Source: a virus (taxonomy: Duplodnaviria > Caudoviricetes). From it: a DNA stretch of 60,997 bases. Numbering within the stretch: position 1 is the first letter of the stretch; each line of letters opens with the position of its first letter. The notes under the pieces are model-generated. The model searched no databases, was not told the origin of the DNA, and worked only from the letters and a program-made list of their open reading frames with translations. A program made the position numbers and the translations under genes. This document shows positions 36,505 through 43,795 of the stretch, piece after piece. The DNA lies in the IMG/VR virus record IMGVR_UViG_3300031565_011186, positions 1 through 60,997 of that record. One strand, written 5' to 3'.

Positions 36505-37089
36505 TCTACCCCTTACAAGGCAGAAGACGAGCGGGTGCTCAGGGTCAGCATCGAGAGCGCCCAGAAGTCCATGGCCGAGTCCTTCGCCCTCATAGTGAGG
36601 CGCCTGCGCGAAAAGGCCGACGACATTGAGCGGCAGACGATGCGGGCCGTCGAGGCCGGACTGGACGGCGCCCTGGCCGGTGCTTACGTCAACATCGCCG
36701 ACGCGGTGCTGAACGAGATCGAATGGCTCTCCCCGAACCTGCCGGTCAGCCAGATCCAGCGGGAGGCGCGGCGCCTCGTCCAGTACGAGGCCATCCTCCA
36801 GCAGATGGGCGTCCTGGTCACCGACGAGGAGCGCGCTGGCGAGGCCGCCCTGGCCGCGAACCAGGCAATCGTCGACAAGGTGAAGGCCATGATCGAGGCG
36901 GGCGTGCCGGTCAAGGTCAGCGGCAACAGGATCGTAGACGTCGCCGTCGGCGGTTATGGCTACGCAGACCGGCCGATCATGTTCCGGCTGAAGGGCCGCA
37001 AGTACATGCGGACGGCGACGACCGCGGACGTCGAGGAACTGAAGGCGGCCGACAATCCGAGTTATGTATCGCGCCGGTCAGTGAAATAG
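36502..37089 (+). CDS. Hypothetical protein
   Basis: AGGAGG RBS, typical codon usage. Confidence 0.75.
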   Translation: MSTPYKAEDERVLRVSIESAQKSMAESFALIVRRLREKADDIERQTMRAVEAGLDGALAGAYVNIADAVLNEIEWLSPNLPVSQIQREARRLVQYEAILQQMGVLVTDEERAGEAALAANQAIVDKVKAMIEAGVPVKVSGNRIVDVAVGGYGYADRPIMFRLKGRKYMRTATTADVEELKAADNPSYVSRRSVK

Positions 37090-37093
37090 GGAC

Positions 37094-37123
37094 TTGACTT
37101 TCCCTGGCCGTGACGGCTATCGT
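37094..37123 (+). promoter_or_regulatory. Sigma70-type promoter with operator B
   Basis: TTGACT-18-TATCGT; GCCGTGACGGC at 37107-37117. Confidence 0.65.
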
Positions 37124-37135
37124 CACACAGCCAGC

Positions 37136-37204
37136 GGGGGCTCCTTGCCCCTGCGATGGCGACTCGCCGGAGCCGCCGTCGGAGCAGCAAGGAGGAGAGT
37201 GATG
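37136..37204 (+). promoter_or_regulatory. Repeated structured RNA leader, copy 2
   Basis: GGGGGC-TCCTT-GCCCCT, C(GCCG)G loop, GCAAGGAG complementary to CTCCTTGC. Confidence 0.65.
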
Positions 37205-38224
37205 AGCCACGAAGTCGAGAGCATGATGTACACGGACTGGGAAGCGCCCTGGCACGGGCTAGGCGTTCCCGTTCACGAGGCGCCCAACAGCGCCGAGGCC
37301 CTGAAGTTGGCGGGCCTCGACTGGCTGGTGGAGCAGGTGCCGGTCTACGTCGCCTCTGCCGGTAAAGGCAAGGGCGCGCCGGACGTCGAGGTGCCAGGTT
37401 ACAAGGCGGTCAGGCGCGACTCGGACGGGCGGATCTTCACCGTGCGGTCAGAGAACTTCCAGCCGTTTCAGAACCACGAGATGTTCGAGTTCCTCGACGC
37501 GCTCGTGGGCACGGGCGACCTCAAGTTCGACACCGCTGGCAGCCTCTTCGGCGGCAAGAAGGTCTGGGCCCTGGCGCGGACGCCGCAGACGATCAAGATC
37601 GGCGGCACGGACGAGATCCGGCAGTACATCCTGGTGGCGAACGGCCACGACGGGCACACGGCCCTGCAGGCGCTGGCGACCGACGAGCGCGTCGTCTGCC
37701 GCAACACCCTCAACGCCGCCCTGGCGCGCAGCAGGAAGACGAACGGCCTGGAGGTGCGGGTCTACCACAGTAGCAAGCTGGCCGACCACGTCGCGGAGGC
37801 CCGCCGGATCCTGGGCATCGTGAACGTCGAGTTCGAGACCTTCCGCCAGGCGGCCGAGGGGCTCGCGGCCGAGGACGGCATGCCGTACGTCGACAAGCTG
37901 CTCAACGCGATGTTCCCGCCGCCCACGGGCACCAACGCTGCAGCGAAGACAGTCTACGACCAGAAGCGCAGCACCATCGAGGGGCTGGTCAAGGCCGCTG
38001 ACGGGAGCGCCTGGGGCCTCCTGAACGGCATCACGGCCTTTGTCGACCATCGGGTGAGCCGCAGCAAGAAGGACGACGCCTCCAGCCGAAGGATGAACAG
38101 CGTGCTGCTGGGCCCCGACGCCGAGTTCAAGACGCGGGCTGCCCAGACCCTGCTGGACATGACGGGGATCTACGACAGCCTCATGCGCGACCGCGAGGCC
38201 ATGATGGTGCAGGTACGAAAGTAG
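37202..38224 (+). CDS. DUF932-family phage/plasmid protein
   Basis: MSHEVESMMY...PWHGLG, AGLDW.V, TAGSLFGGKKVW, NGHDG, RVVCRNTL, SAWGLLNGIT..DH. Confidence 0.9.
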   Translation: MSHEVESMMYTDWEAPWHGLGVPVHEAPNSAEALKLAGLDWLVEQVPVYVASAGKGKGAPDVEVPGYKAVRRDSDGRIFTVRSENFQPFQNHEMFEFLDALVGTGDLKFDTAGSLFGGKKVWALARTPQTIKIGGTDEIRQYILVANGHDGHTALQALATDERVVCRNTLNAALARSRKTNGLEVRVYHSSKLADHVAEARRILGIVNVEFETFRQAAEGLAAEDGMPYVDKLLNAMFPPPTGTNAAAKTVYDQKRSTIEGLVKAADGSAWGLLNGITAFVDHRVSRSKKDDASSRRMNSVLLGPDAEFKTRAAQTLLDMTGIYDSLMRDREAMMVQVRK

Positions 38225-38240
38225 CGGCGGGCTCTGCCCT

Positions 38241-38289
38241 CCGTGAGCGGGCTGCAGTTTTCTGGGGAAGGTTTGCAGCCCGCTGACGG
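38241..38289 (+). promoter_or_regulatory. Long intergenic hairpin
   Basis: CCGT-G-AGCGGGCTGCA / TGCAGCCCGCT-G-ACGG arms, no U-tract. Confidence 0.6.
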
Positions 38290-38322
38290 GCGGTTAAAGC
38301 AAGACTCACAAGGAGGAACAAG

Positions 38323-38796
38323 ATGATCGAGAAGGGCAGCCTCCAGGTCGGCGACGTCCTGGTGGCCAAGTTCAAGGGCGTGACCTACCACGCATCCGTC
38401 AGGGCGAAGAACGGCGACGGCACGCTGGTCTACGAGGCCATCGACGGCCCCGCGGCCGGCACGGAGTTCAAGACCCCTTCGGCCCTGGGGAAGGTGATCA
38501 CGGGTCACGAGTGCAACGGCTGGGCGTTCTGGAGCATCGAAGGCAAGGAACCTGTGAAGGCCCCGCGCGTCGCGCGCGCCAAGAGCAACCTGGTCGAGCG
38601 GTTCCAGTGCCCCGACTGCACTCACATCTTCCAGACTGCTGCCGCGGCGAAGCGCTGCCTCTGCCAGGGGGCCAAGGCGGCGCGGCTGAGCGGCACGCAC
38701 CTGGAGCCGGTCAGCGTCATGATCGACCCCATGGGGCCGGCCAAGGCGGAGGCCGCGGTCACGGTCACGCGCGAGCCGGCGGAGCCGGCCGCCTAA
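38323..38796 (+). CDS. RAMA-like DNA-binding domain protein with zinc finger
   Basis: L.VGD.L...KG..Y.A...DG...FKTPSA...ITG...NGWAFW; CPDC. Confidence 0.65.
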   Translation: MIEKGSLQVGDVLVAKFKGVTYHASVRAKNGDGTLVYEAIDGPAAGTEFKTPSALGKVITGHECNGWAFWSIEGKEPVKAPRVARAKSNLVERFQCPDCTHIFQTAAAAKRCLCQGAKAARLSGTHLEPVSVMIDPMGPAKAEAAVTVTREPAEPAA

Positions 38797-38802
38797 GCAC
38801 CG

Positions 38803-38877
38803 GAGGGGCTTCCGGCCCCTTCGCCTGCGCCTTCGCGGGAGGGCGCGGACGTCAGCGCCGGAAGGAGGAGCAGCGTG
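38803..38877 (+). promoter_or_regulatory. Repeated structured RNA leader, copy 3
   Basis: GAGGGGC-TTCCG-GCCCCTT, C(GCGG)G loop, GCCGGAAG complementary to CTTCCGGC. Confidence 0.6.
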
Positions 38878-39081
38878 ACCTACAACTACCGATACCAGCA
38901 CTGCAAACCTGAGGACGTGGCGACAGGCGCGCGGATCATCAAAGACGAACTCGGCTGGCAGGACACTGCGGATCCGAAGGAGGCCCTGCAGACCGTCATC
39001 GGCAAAATGATGGATCTGTGTGACCTCATCGCTGCGGTTGCGCCGACAAAGGAGGAATCCGATGGCGGTCTACGAAGGTAA
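38875..39081 (+). CDS. Hypothetical protein
   Basis: AAGGAGG RBS with GTG start. Confidence 0.65.
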   Translation: MTYNYRYQHCKPEDVATGARIIKDELGWQDTADPKEALQTVIGKMMDLCDLIAAVAPTKEESDGGLRR

Positions 39082-39391
39082 ACACGGGCACGACGTCACG
39101 CGCAACGGGATCGCCTTGGACTTGGCGCCCTCCCTGAAGGCCTGGAACCACAGCCCCACGGGATTCTCCTGGGGCTACGGCGGCAGCGGGCCCGCGCAGT
39201 TGGCGCTGGCGCTGCTCCTGGACGCCACGGGCGACGCCGAGCTATCAGTCAGGCTGCACCAGACATTCAAGTGGGCCTTCGTGGCCGGCTGGCCCACAGG
39301 CTGGCGCATCACCTCAGAACGGATTCGGGATTGGGTCGACGAGCGCCGTCCCGCTGACGAGGAGGCCACCGATGCCCAGGATCCAGTATGA
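39062..39391 (+). CDS. DUF6166-like protein
   Basis: NHSPTGFSWGYGGSGPAQLALALL...QTFKWAFVA. Confidence 0.8.
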   Translation: MAVYEGKHGHDVTRNGIALDLAPSLKAWNHSPTGFSWGYGGSGPAQLALALLLDATGDAELSVRLHQTFKWAFVAGWPTGWRITSERIRDWVDERRPADEEATDAQDPV

Positions 39392-40280
39392 AGAGCACGA
39401 GTTCAGGCCGGCGGCGCGGGCCGACATCGCCCGCGCCAACCGGATCCTGGAGGAGTATCAGGCCCAGGGTTTTGACCTCACCCTCCGCCAGCTTTACTAC
39501 CAGTTCATCGCCCGCGGCTGGATCAAGAACGTCGAACGCGAGTACAAGCGCTTGGGTGCGATCATCAACGACGCGCGCCTGGCCGGCCTGATCGACTGGG
39601 ATCGGATCAGTGACCGGACGCGTGAACTCGAAGAGAAGGCCCGCTGGGATGACCCCAGCCACGTTATTCGGGAGGTCGCCCGTCAGTACCGGACGGACGT
39701 CTGGGCCGGCCAAACCTACCGGCCTGAGGTCTGGATCGAGAAGGATGCCCTCGTCGGCGTCATCGCCGGCGTCTGCGAAGTCCTCTCGGTGCCCTACTTC
39801 TCCTGCCGCGGCTACGTTTCCCAGAGTTCAATGTGGGAGGCCGGCCAGCGTCTCGCTGGCTATCAGGATGGCGGTCAGGAAACGATCGTCCTTCACCTGG
39901 GCGACCACGACCCGTCAGGCATCGACATGACCCGCGACATTCAGGCGCGGCTTGACATGTTCGTCGGCAACGTCGAAGTCCGGCGCCTGGCGCTCTCGAT
40001 GGCTCAGGTCAGCGAGTACAAGCCGCCGCCGAACCCTGCCAAGATCACCGACTCGCGCTTCGCTGGCTACCTCGCTGAGTACGGCCGCGAGTCCTGGGAA
40101 CTGGATGCCCTGCAACCTCAGGTCATCGCCGACCTGATCAGGGACGCCATCCAGGGTGATCTGATCGACGAGGAGGAATGGCGGCAGACTCACGACCTGC
40201 AAGAGCGGGGTCGCCGCCTGTTGCAGCGGGCCGCCGGCAGGTGGGGCGAGCTCGTGACCCTCTTGGAGGAGGCCGACTGA
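39372..40280 (+). CDS. Spo11/TopoVIA-like Toprim-domain nuclease
   Basis: TLRQLYY (winged-helix Tyr), VWIEKDA, HLGDHDPSG, ELDAL. Confidence 0.8.
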   Translation: MPRIQYEEHEFRPAARADIARANRILEEYQAQGFDLTLRQLYYQFIARGWIKNVEREYKRLGAIINDARLAGLIDWDRISDRTRELEEKARWDDPSHVIREVARQYRTDVWAGQTYRPEVWIEKDALVGVIAGVCEVLSVPYFSCRGYVSQSSMWEAGQRLAGYQDGGQETIVLHLGDHDPSGIDMTRDIQARLDMFVGNVEVRRLALSMAQVSEYKPPPNPAKITDSRFAGYLAEYGRESWELDALQPQVIADLIRDAIQGDLIDEEEWRQTHDLQERGRRLLQRAAGRWGELVTLLEEAD

Positions 40281-40432
40281 TGCCACCACTGATTATTTAC
40301 GCGATCTTGGCCATCATCGCCATCGTCGGCATGACGGTGACCTATTTCTGCGGCAGGGACGATGGCCGACGGGGGGAAAGGGTAAAGGGCCTCCAGCAGG
40401 CAGAGGAGGACGATGATGCGCCACAAGCATGA
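40280..40432 (+). CDS. Small membrane protein
   Basis: LIIYAILAIIAIVGMTVTYF TM helix, GGAGGAGG RBS. Confidence 0.6.
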   Translation: MPPLIIYAILAIIAIVGMTVTYFCGRDDGRRGERVKGLQQAEEDDDAPQA

Positions 40433-40649
40433 CTGGTGGCCCGCTGCGCCGATTGACCCCGAGGGAGACCGAGGGAACGTCGCCGCGCGGAAAGGCCACT
40501 TGTACACCAAGACCGAGACTTTCATTTGCCGGTGCGGGGCCCAGAAGATGGAGTTGACCACCAACGGTCGGATCAACCGGTACGTCACGACGGCGAACGG
40601 GCGGCTCTGGCGCGGGCACCGCTGGCTGCGAAAGGCGGCGACGACGTGA
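40413..40649 (+). CDS. Hypothetical protein
   Basis: GAGGAGG RBS; HKHDW...CRCG. Confidence 0.6.
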   Translation: MMRHKHDWWPAAPIDPEGDRGNVAARKGHLYTKTETFICRCGAQKMELTTNGRINRYVTTANGRLWRGHRWLRKAATT

Positions 40650-40981
40650 GTGAGAGAGAACCCTATGCGGATCTGGTCGGCGAACATGCCTGGTTGGAGG
40701 ACAATTACGGCGGTCAGGTCTACGCGACCTTCGACGAGTTGTGGGCCGAGGCCCAGGAATACTGGCTGGGCCCGCTCGGGTGCTACAACTGGCCCGTCTG
40801 GGTCTCCTACGACGATGAGACCTACGACGTCGGCGGCGTCGTCACGGTCGGGATCTTCATGGAACGGCACGGCTTTTGCCGCCAAGTGGAGGCGCCCGCG
40901 ACGCGCGAACAAGAGCACCAGGTGCGGGCCGCCGTCCTGAAGGTCTGGGCCGGACGGGCGGAGCAGCATTTCGAACGCTGA
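40646..40981 (+). CDS. Hypothetical protein
   Basis: GTG overlapping the upstream stop. Confidence 0.6.
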   Translation: MSEREPYADLVGEHAWLEDNYGGQVYATFDELWAEAQEYWLGPLGCYNWPVWVSYDDETYDVGGVVTVGIFMERHGFCRQVEAPATREQEHQVRAAVLKVWAGRAEQHFER

Positions 40982-41026
40982 CGGCTAGTCGCGGCATTGA
41001 CACGGCGTGGCCGTCGCGGTTAACAT
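40981..41026 (+). promoter_or_regulatory. Promoter carrying both operators A and B
   Basis: ACGGCTAGTCGC at 40981-40992; TTGACA-18-TAACAT; GCCGTCGCGGT at 41010-41020. Confidence 0.75.
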
Positions 41027-41044
41027 CTGGGCGGGAGGTGGCCC

Positions 41045-41266
41045 ATGAACGACAAGGTAGCAACGCCGGAATCGATCCGGCAGTTCAGGGAGAAGTGGGG
41101 CCTCAGCCAGCCCAGACTGGCGCAGGCCCTCGGCCTCTCGCCCCAGACCGTCAGTCGCTGGGAGCGGGACGCGCAGGTCATCGCGAACCCGCGCCTAGTG
41201 TACCTGGCCCTCAAGGGACTGGAGGCTGACCTCAGGGCGCACGGGCGCCGTCACATCGCAGCATGA
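41045..41266 (+). CDS. Cro/CI-like XRE HTH regulator
   Basis: IRQFREKWGLSQPRLAQALGLSPQTVSRWER. Confidence 0.9.
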   Translation: MNDKVATPESIRQFREKWGLSQPRLAQALGLSPQTVSRWERDAQVIANPRLVYLALKGLEADLRAHGRRHIAA

Positions 41267-42069
41267 GTAGGGGGCGAAAGCCGCCCTGGCTCCCCAAACA
41301 TCCGATCCTCGTTATCGGCGACTTCTGCATCGACGCATTCACACAGGCACGGGCCTCGCGCATGTCACGCGAGCAGCCCGTGCCTGTCTTTGTCTCCGGC
41401 GATAGCCGAGACGAGGAGGGCTGCGCCGGCAACGTCGCGCGCCAAGTGGAGGCCCTCGGCGTGCCGGCCGTCCTCCAGCGGCTGTCGGCGACGCGCAAGG
41501 AGCGGATCCTGGCCGGTGAGCCTGCGCGGGAGGTCTTTCGCTTGGATCATCCTTGGCCGAGGCGGGAGGGCATGCCCTACTTCTGGACGCGTCGGTGCCC
41601 GCCGGCGGCCGTCGTCTTCGTCGACTATCAGGGGATCCCGCCGTCGCGCAAACTCGTCGAGTGGATGCTCCAGTGGGGCGTGCCGCTCATCGGTGACAGT
41701 CGGCAGCAGATCGCCGGCTGGGAAGGCTTCGACCTCGTCAAGATCAGCGAGGACGATACCAACGGCCTGCCGGTTTCCCTCTGCCATGAGGCCTGCCGCG
41801 CCAAGGCGGTCGTCGTCACCCGCGGCGCCAAGGGCCACAGCCTCTATGCCCACGAATACCTCACGGACGTCCCGCCCAGCCCCGCTCACGGGCCCGTCGC
41901 CAACATCAGCGGCGCCGGTGACGTCTTTACCGCTACCGCCGCCGTCGCCCTGGCGGGCGGCCAGACCGTCGAGGAGGCCTGCCGCCTCGCGGGGATCGCC
42001 GCCAGCCTGCGCGTCATGAAGCCGGAGTATAATGCGACCGTCACCTGGGAGGAGATATGCACGTCATGA
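41263..42069 (+). CDS. HldE/RfaE domain I-like heptose-7-phosphate kinase (PfkB family)
   Basis: ILVIGD..ID, RMSREQPVPV, G.AGNVA, TRKER, VTRGAKG, SGAGD. Confidence 0.8.
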   Translation: MSRGRKPPWLPKHPILVIGDFCIDAFTQARASRMSREQPVPVFVSGDSRDEEGCAGNVARQVEALGVPAVLQRLSATRKERILAGEPAREVFRLDHPWPRREGMPYFWTRRCPPAAVVFVDYQGIPPSRKLVEWMLQWGVPLIGDSRQQIAGWEGFDLVKISEDDTNGLPVSLCHEACRAKAVVVTRGAKGHSLYAHEYLTDVPPSPAHGPVANISGAGDVFTATAAVALAGGQTVEEACRLAGIAASLRVMKPEYNATVTWEEICTS

Positions 42070-42548
42070 CTGCCACCGAGGAAGTGCGATCCGATATGGA
42101 GGCCTTCACCTTCGCCGGCACAGACCGCCGGCCGGTCGTGGGCCTCACCAACGGCTGCTTTGACCTCCTGCATCCTGGCCACGTCTTGATGCTGGAGGAC
42201 TGTGCCCGCCGCTGCGACCTCCTGATAGTAGCGATCGACGATGACGACGCCGTCCGCGCCCTGAAGGGCCCACGTTGCCCGTGGCGGCCTTTTGTCGATA
42301 GGGCGCGAGTGGTAGCCGCGCTCCGCTCCGTGTGGCGCGTGTTGCCCATCACGGACGGCCAGTCGCTCGGCGATATCATGAAGATCCTCCGGCCCGATTT
42401 CTACTTCTGCCGCGGCGACGAGCAGGTGCCCGAGATGACGGACGCCATGCGGCTCCGGATCCCCATCGTGGCCCTGCCGCGGCACGGCGACTGGAGCACG
42501 AGGAAGGAAACATCGCAATGGCGAAGAGATCTCCACAGCAGCCGCTGA
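42057..42548 (+). CDS. HldE/RfaE domain II-like heptose-1-phosphate nucleotidyltransferase
   Basis: TNGCFDLLHPGH, LIVAI.DD.AVR.LKG, R..VVAAL, ST near the C-terminus. Confidence 0.85.
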   Translation: MHVMTATEEVRSDMEAFTFAGTDRRPVVGLTNGCFDLLHPGHVLMLEDCARRCDLLIVAIDDDDAVRALKGPRCPWRPFVDRARVVAALRSVWRVLPITDGQSLGDIMKILRPDFYFCRGDEQVPEMTDAMRLRIPIVALPRHGDWSTRKETSQWRRDLHSSR

Positions 42549-43753
42549 AGATCCAGTACCTGCCGACGTCGGCCCTCAGGCCCGCGGAGAACAACCCGCG
42601 GGTCATGCCTCCGCGCGAGATGGAGGCGCTCAAGAATGCGCTGTCGCACTGGGGCTTCGTCGACCCGATCGTCGCGCGCCCCCTCCGTGACGGCACGCTC
42701 GAGATAATCGGCGGCCACCAGCGCGTCACCGCCGCCCAGGAGATGGGCATCGCGGAGGTGCCCGTGGTGGTGATCGACGTCAGCGAGGTCGACGCCATGA
42801 TCCTGAACGAGGCGCTGAACCGGATCCATGGCACGTGGGACGAGCCTCAACTCGCCCTTCACCAGGCCGCCATTAGTCTGCTCGGGGGCGACCTCACGCT
42901 CACCGGCTTCACGGCGAGCGAACTGCTGCACATCTCGGGCGGCAAGACCGGTCTGACCGACCCCGACGACGTGCCCGATCCGCCGCCGGAACCGATCACG
43001 AAGACGGGCGACCTCTGGCAGTGTGGCACTCACCGGCTGCTGTGCGGGGATGCCACAAAGCCGGAGGATGTCGAGCGGCTGATGGCGGGGGAGAAGGCGG
43101 CGTTGATGGCAACTGACCCACCGTATCTCGTTAATTATCGAGGCGGGAGTCATCCTCAGTCGCGGGTCAACCGTGCAGAGGTGAAGGACAAGCACTGGGA
43201 CGACTACCACGACCCCGAGATGGCGGTCGAGTTCTTCGCCAAGTTCCTCCGCCTCGGCCTTGAGCACCTTGCCCCCAACTCGGCGATCTATCAGTGGCAC
43301 GCCAACATGCGTCAGGGTTTGGTACAGCAGGCTTGGCATGAATGCGGGCTGCTCGTTCACCAAGTCATTATCTGGGCGAAGAGTCGAGGGGTTCGCACCC
43401 ACAGCCACTATATGTGGCAGCACGAACCCTGCTTCTACGGCTGGGTCGAGGGCAAGCAGCCGTCCAGCAAGCCGCCTCCCAACGTCACTACCGTTTGGAA
43501 CGTCGACCAGCGGGGTGACAGTGACAACATCCACCCGACGCAAAAGCCCGTCGAACTCTTTGAGCGCCCCATCTCCTATCACACGGAGGCCGATGAGGTC
43601 TGTTATGAGCCCTTCCTCGGCTCAGGCACCACGATGATCGCATGCGAGCGCCTGGGGCGGCGCTGCTACGGCATGGAGATCGGGCCACACTATGTCGATG
43701 TGGCGGTGAAACGGTGGGAGGAATTCACGGGCGGGAAGGCCGAGCGAATCTGA
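42518..43753 (+). CDS. ParB-like N-terminal domain fused to N4/N6 DNA methyltransferase
   Basis: NNPR...WGFVDPIV...IIGGHQR; HRLLCGD, TDPPY, HPTQKPV, EPFLGSGTT. Confidence 0.92.
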   Translation: MAKRSPQQPLKIQYLPTSALRPAENNPRVMPPREMEALKNALSHWGFVDPIVARPLRDGTLEIIGGHQRVTAAQEMGIAEVPVVVIDVSEVDAMILNEALNRIHGTWDEPQLALHQAAISLLGGDLTLTGFTASELLHISGGKTGLTDPDDVPDPPPEPITKTGDLWQCGTHRLLCGDATKPEDVERLMAGEKAALMATDPPYLVNYRGGSHPQSRVNRAEVKDKHWDDYHDPEMAVEFFAKFLRLGLEHLAPNSAIYQWHANMRQGLVQQAWHECGLLVHQVIIWAKSRGVRTHSHYMWQHEPCFYGWVEGKQPSSKPPPNVTTVWNVDQRGDSDNIHPTQKPVELFERPISYHTEADEVCYEPFLGSGTTMIACERLGRRCYGMEIGPHYVDVAVKRWEEFTGGKAERI

Positions 43754-43780
43754 GGCCCAGGGACTCAGTCCCACTTGGAG

Positions 43781-43795
43781 TAAAATCCCCACATG
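43781..43795 (+). promoter_or_regulatory. Putative -10 for a leaderless terminase transcript
   Basis: TAAAAT 6 nt before the ATG; upstream palindrome GGGACT-C-AGTCCC. Confidence 0.4.

Noticed and set aside
42518-42950. ParB domain as cognate partner of the parS site
   Set aside because: It is the common ParB-like N-terminal module of a methyltransferase fusion and lacks an evident parS-binding HTH
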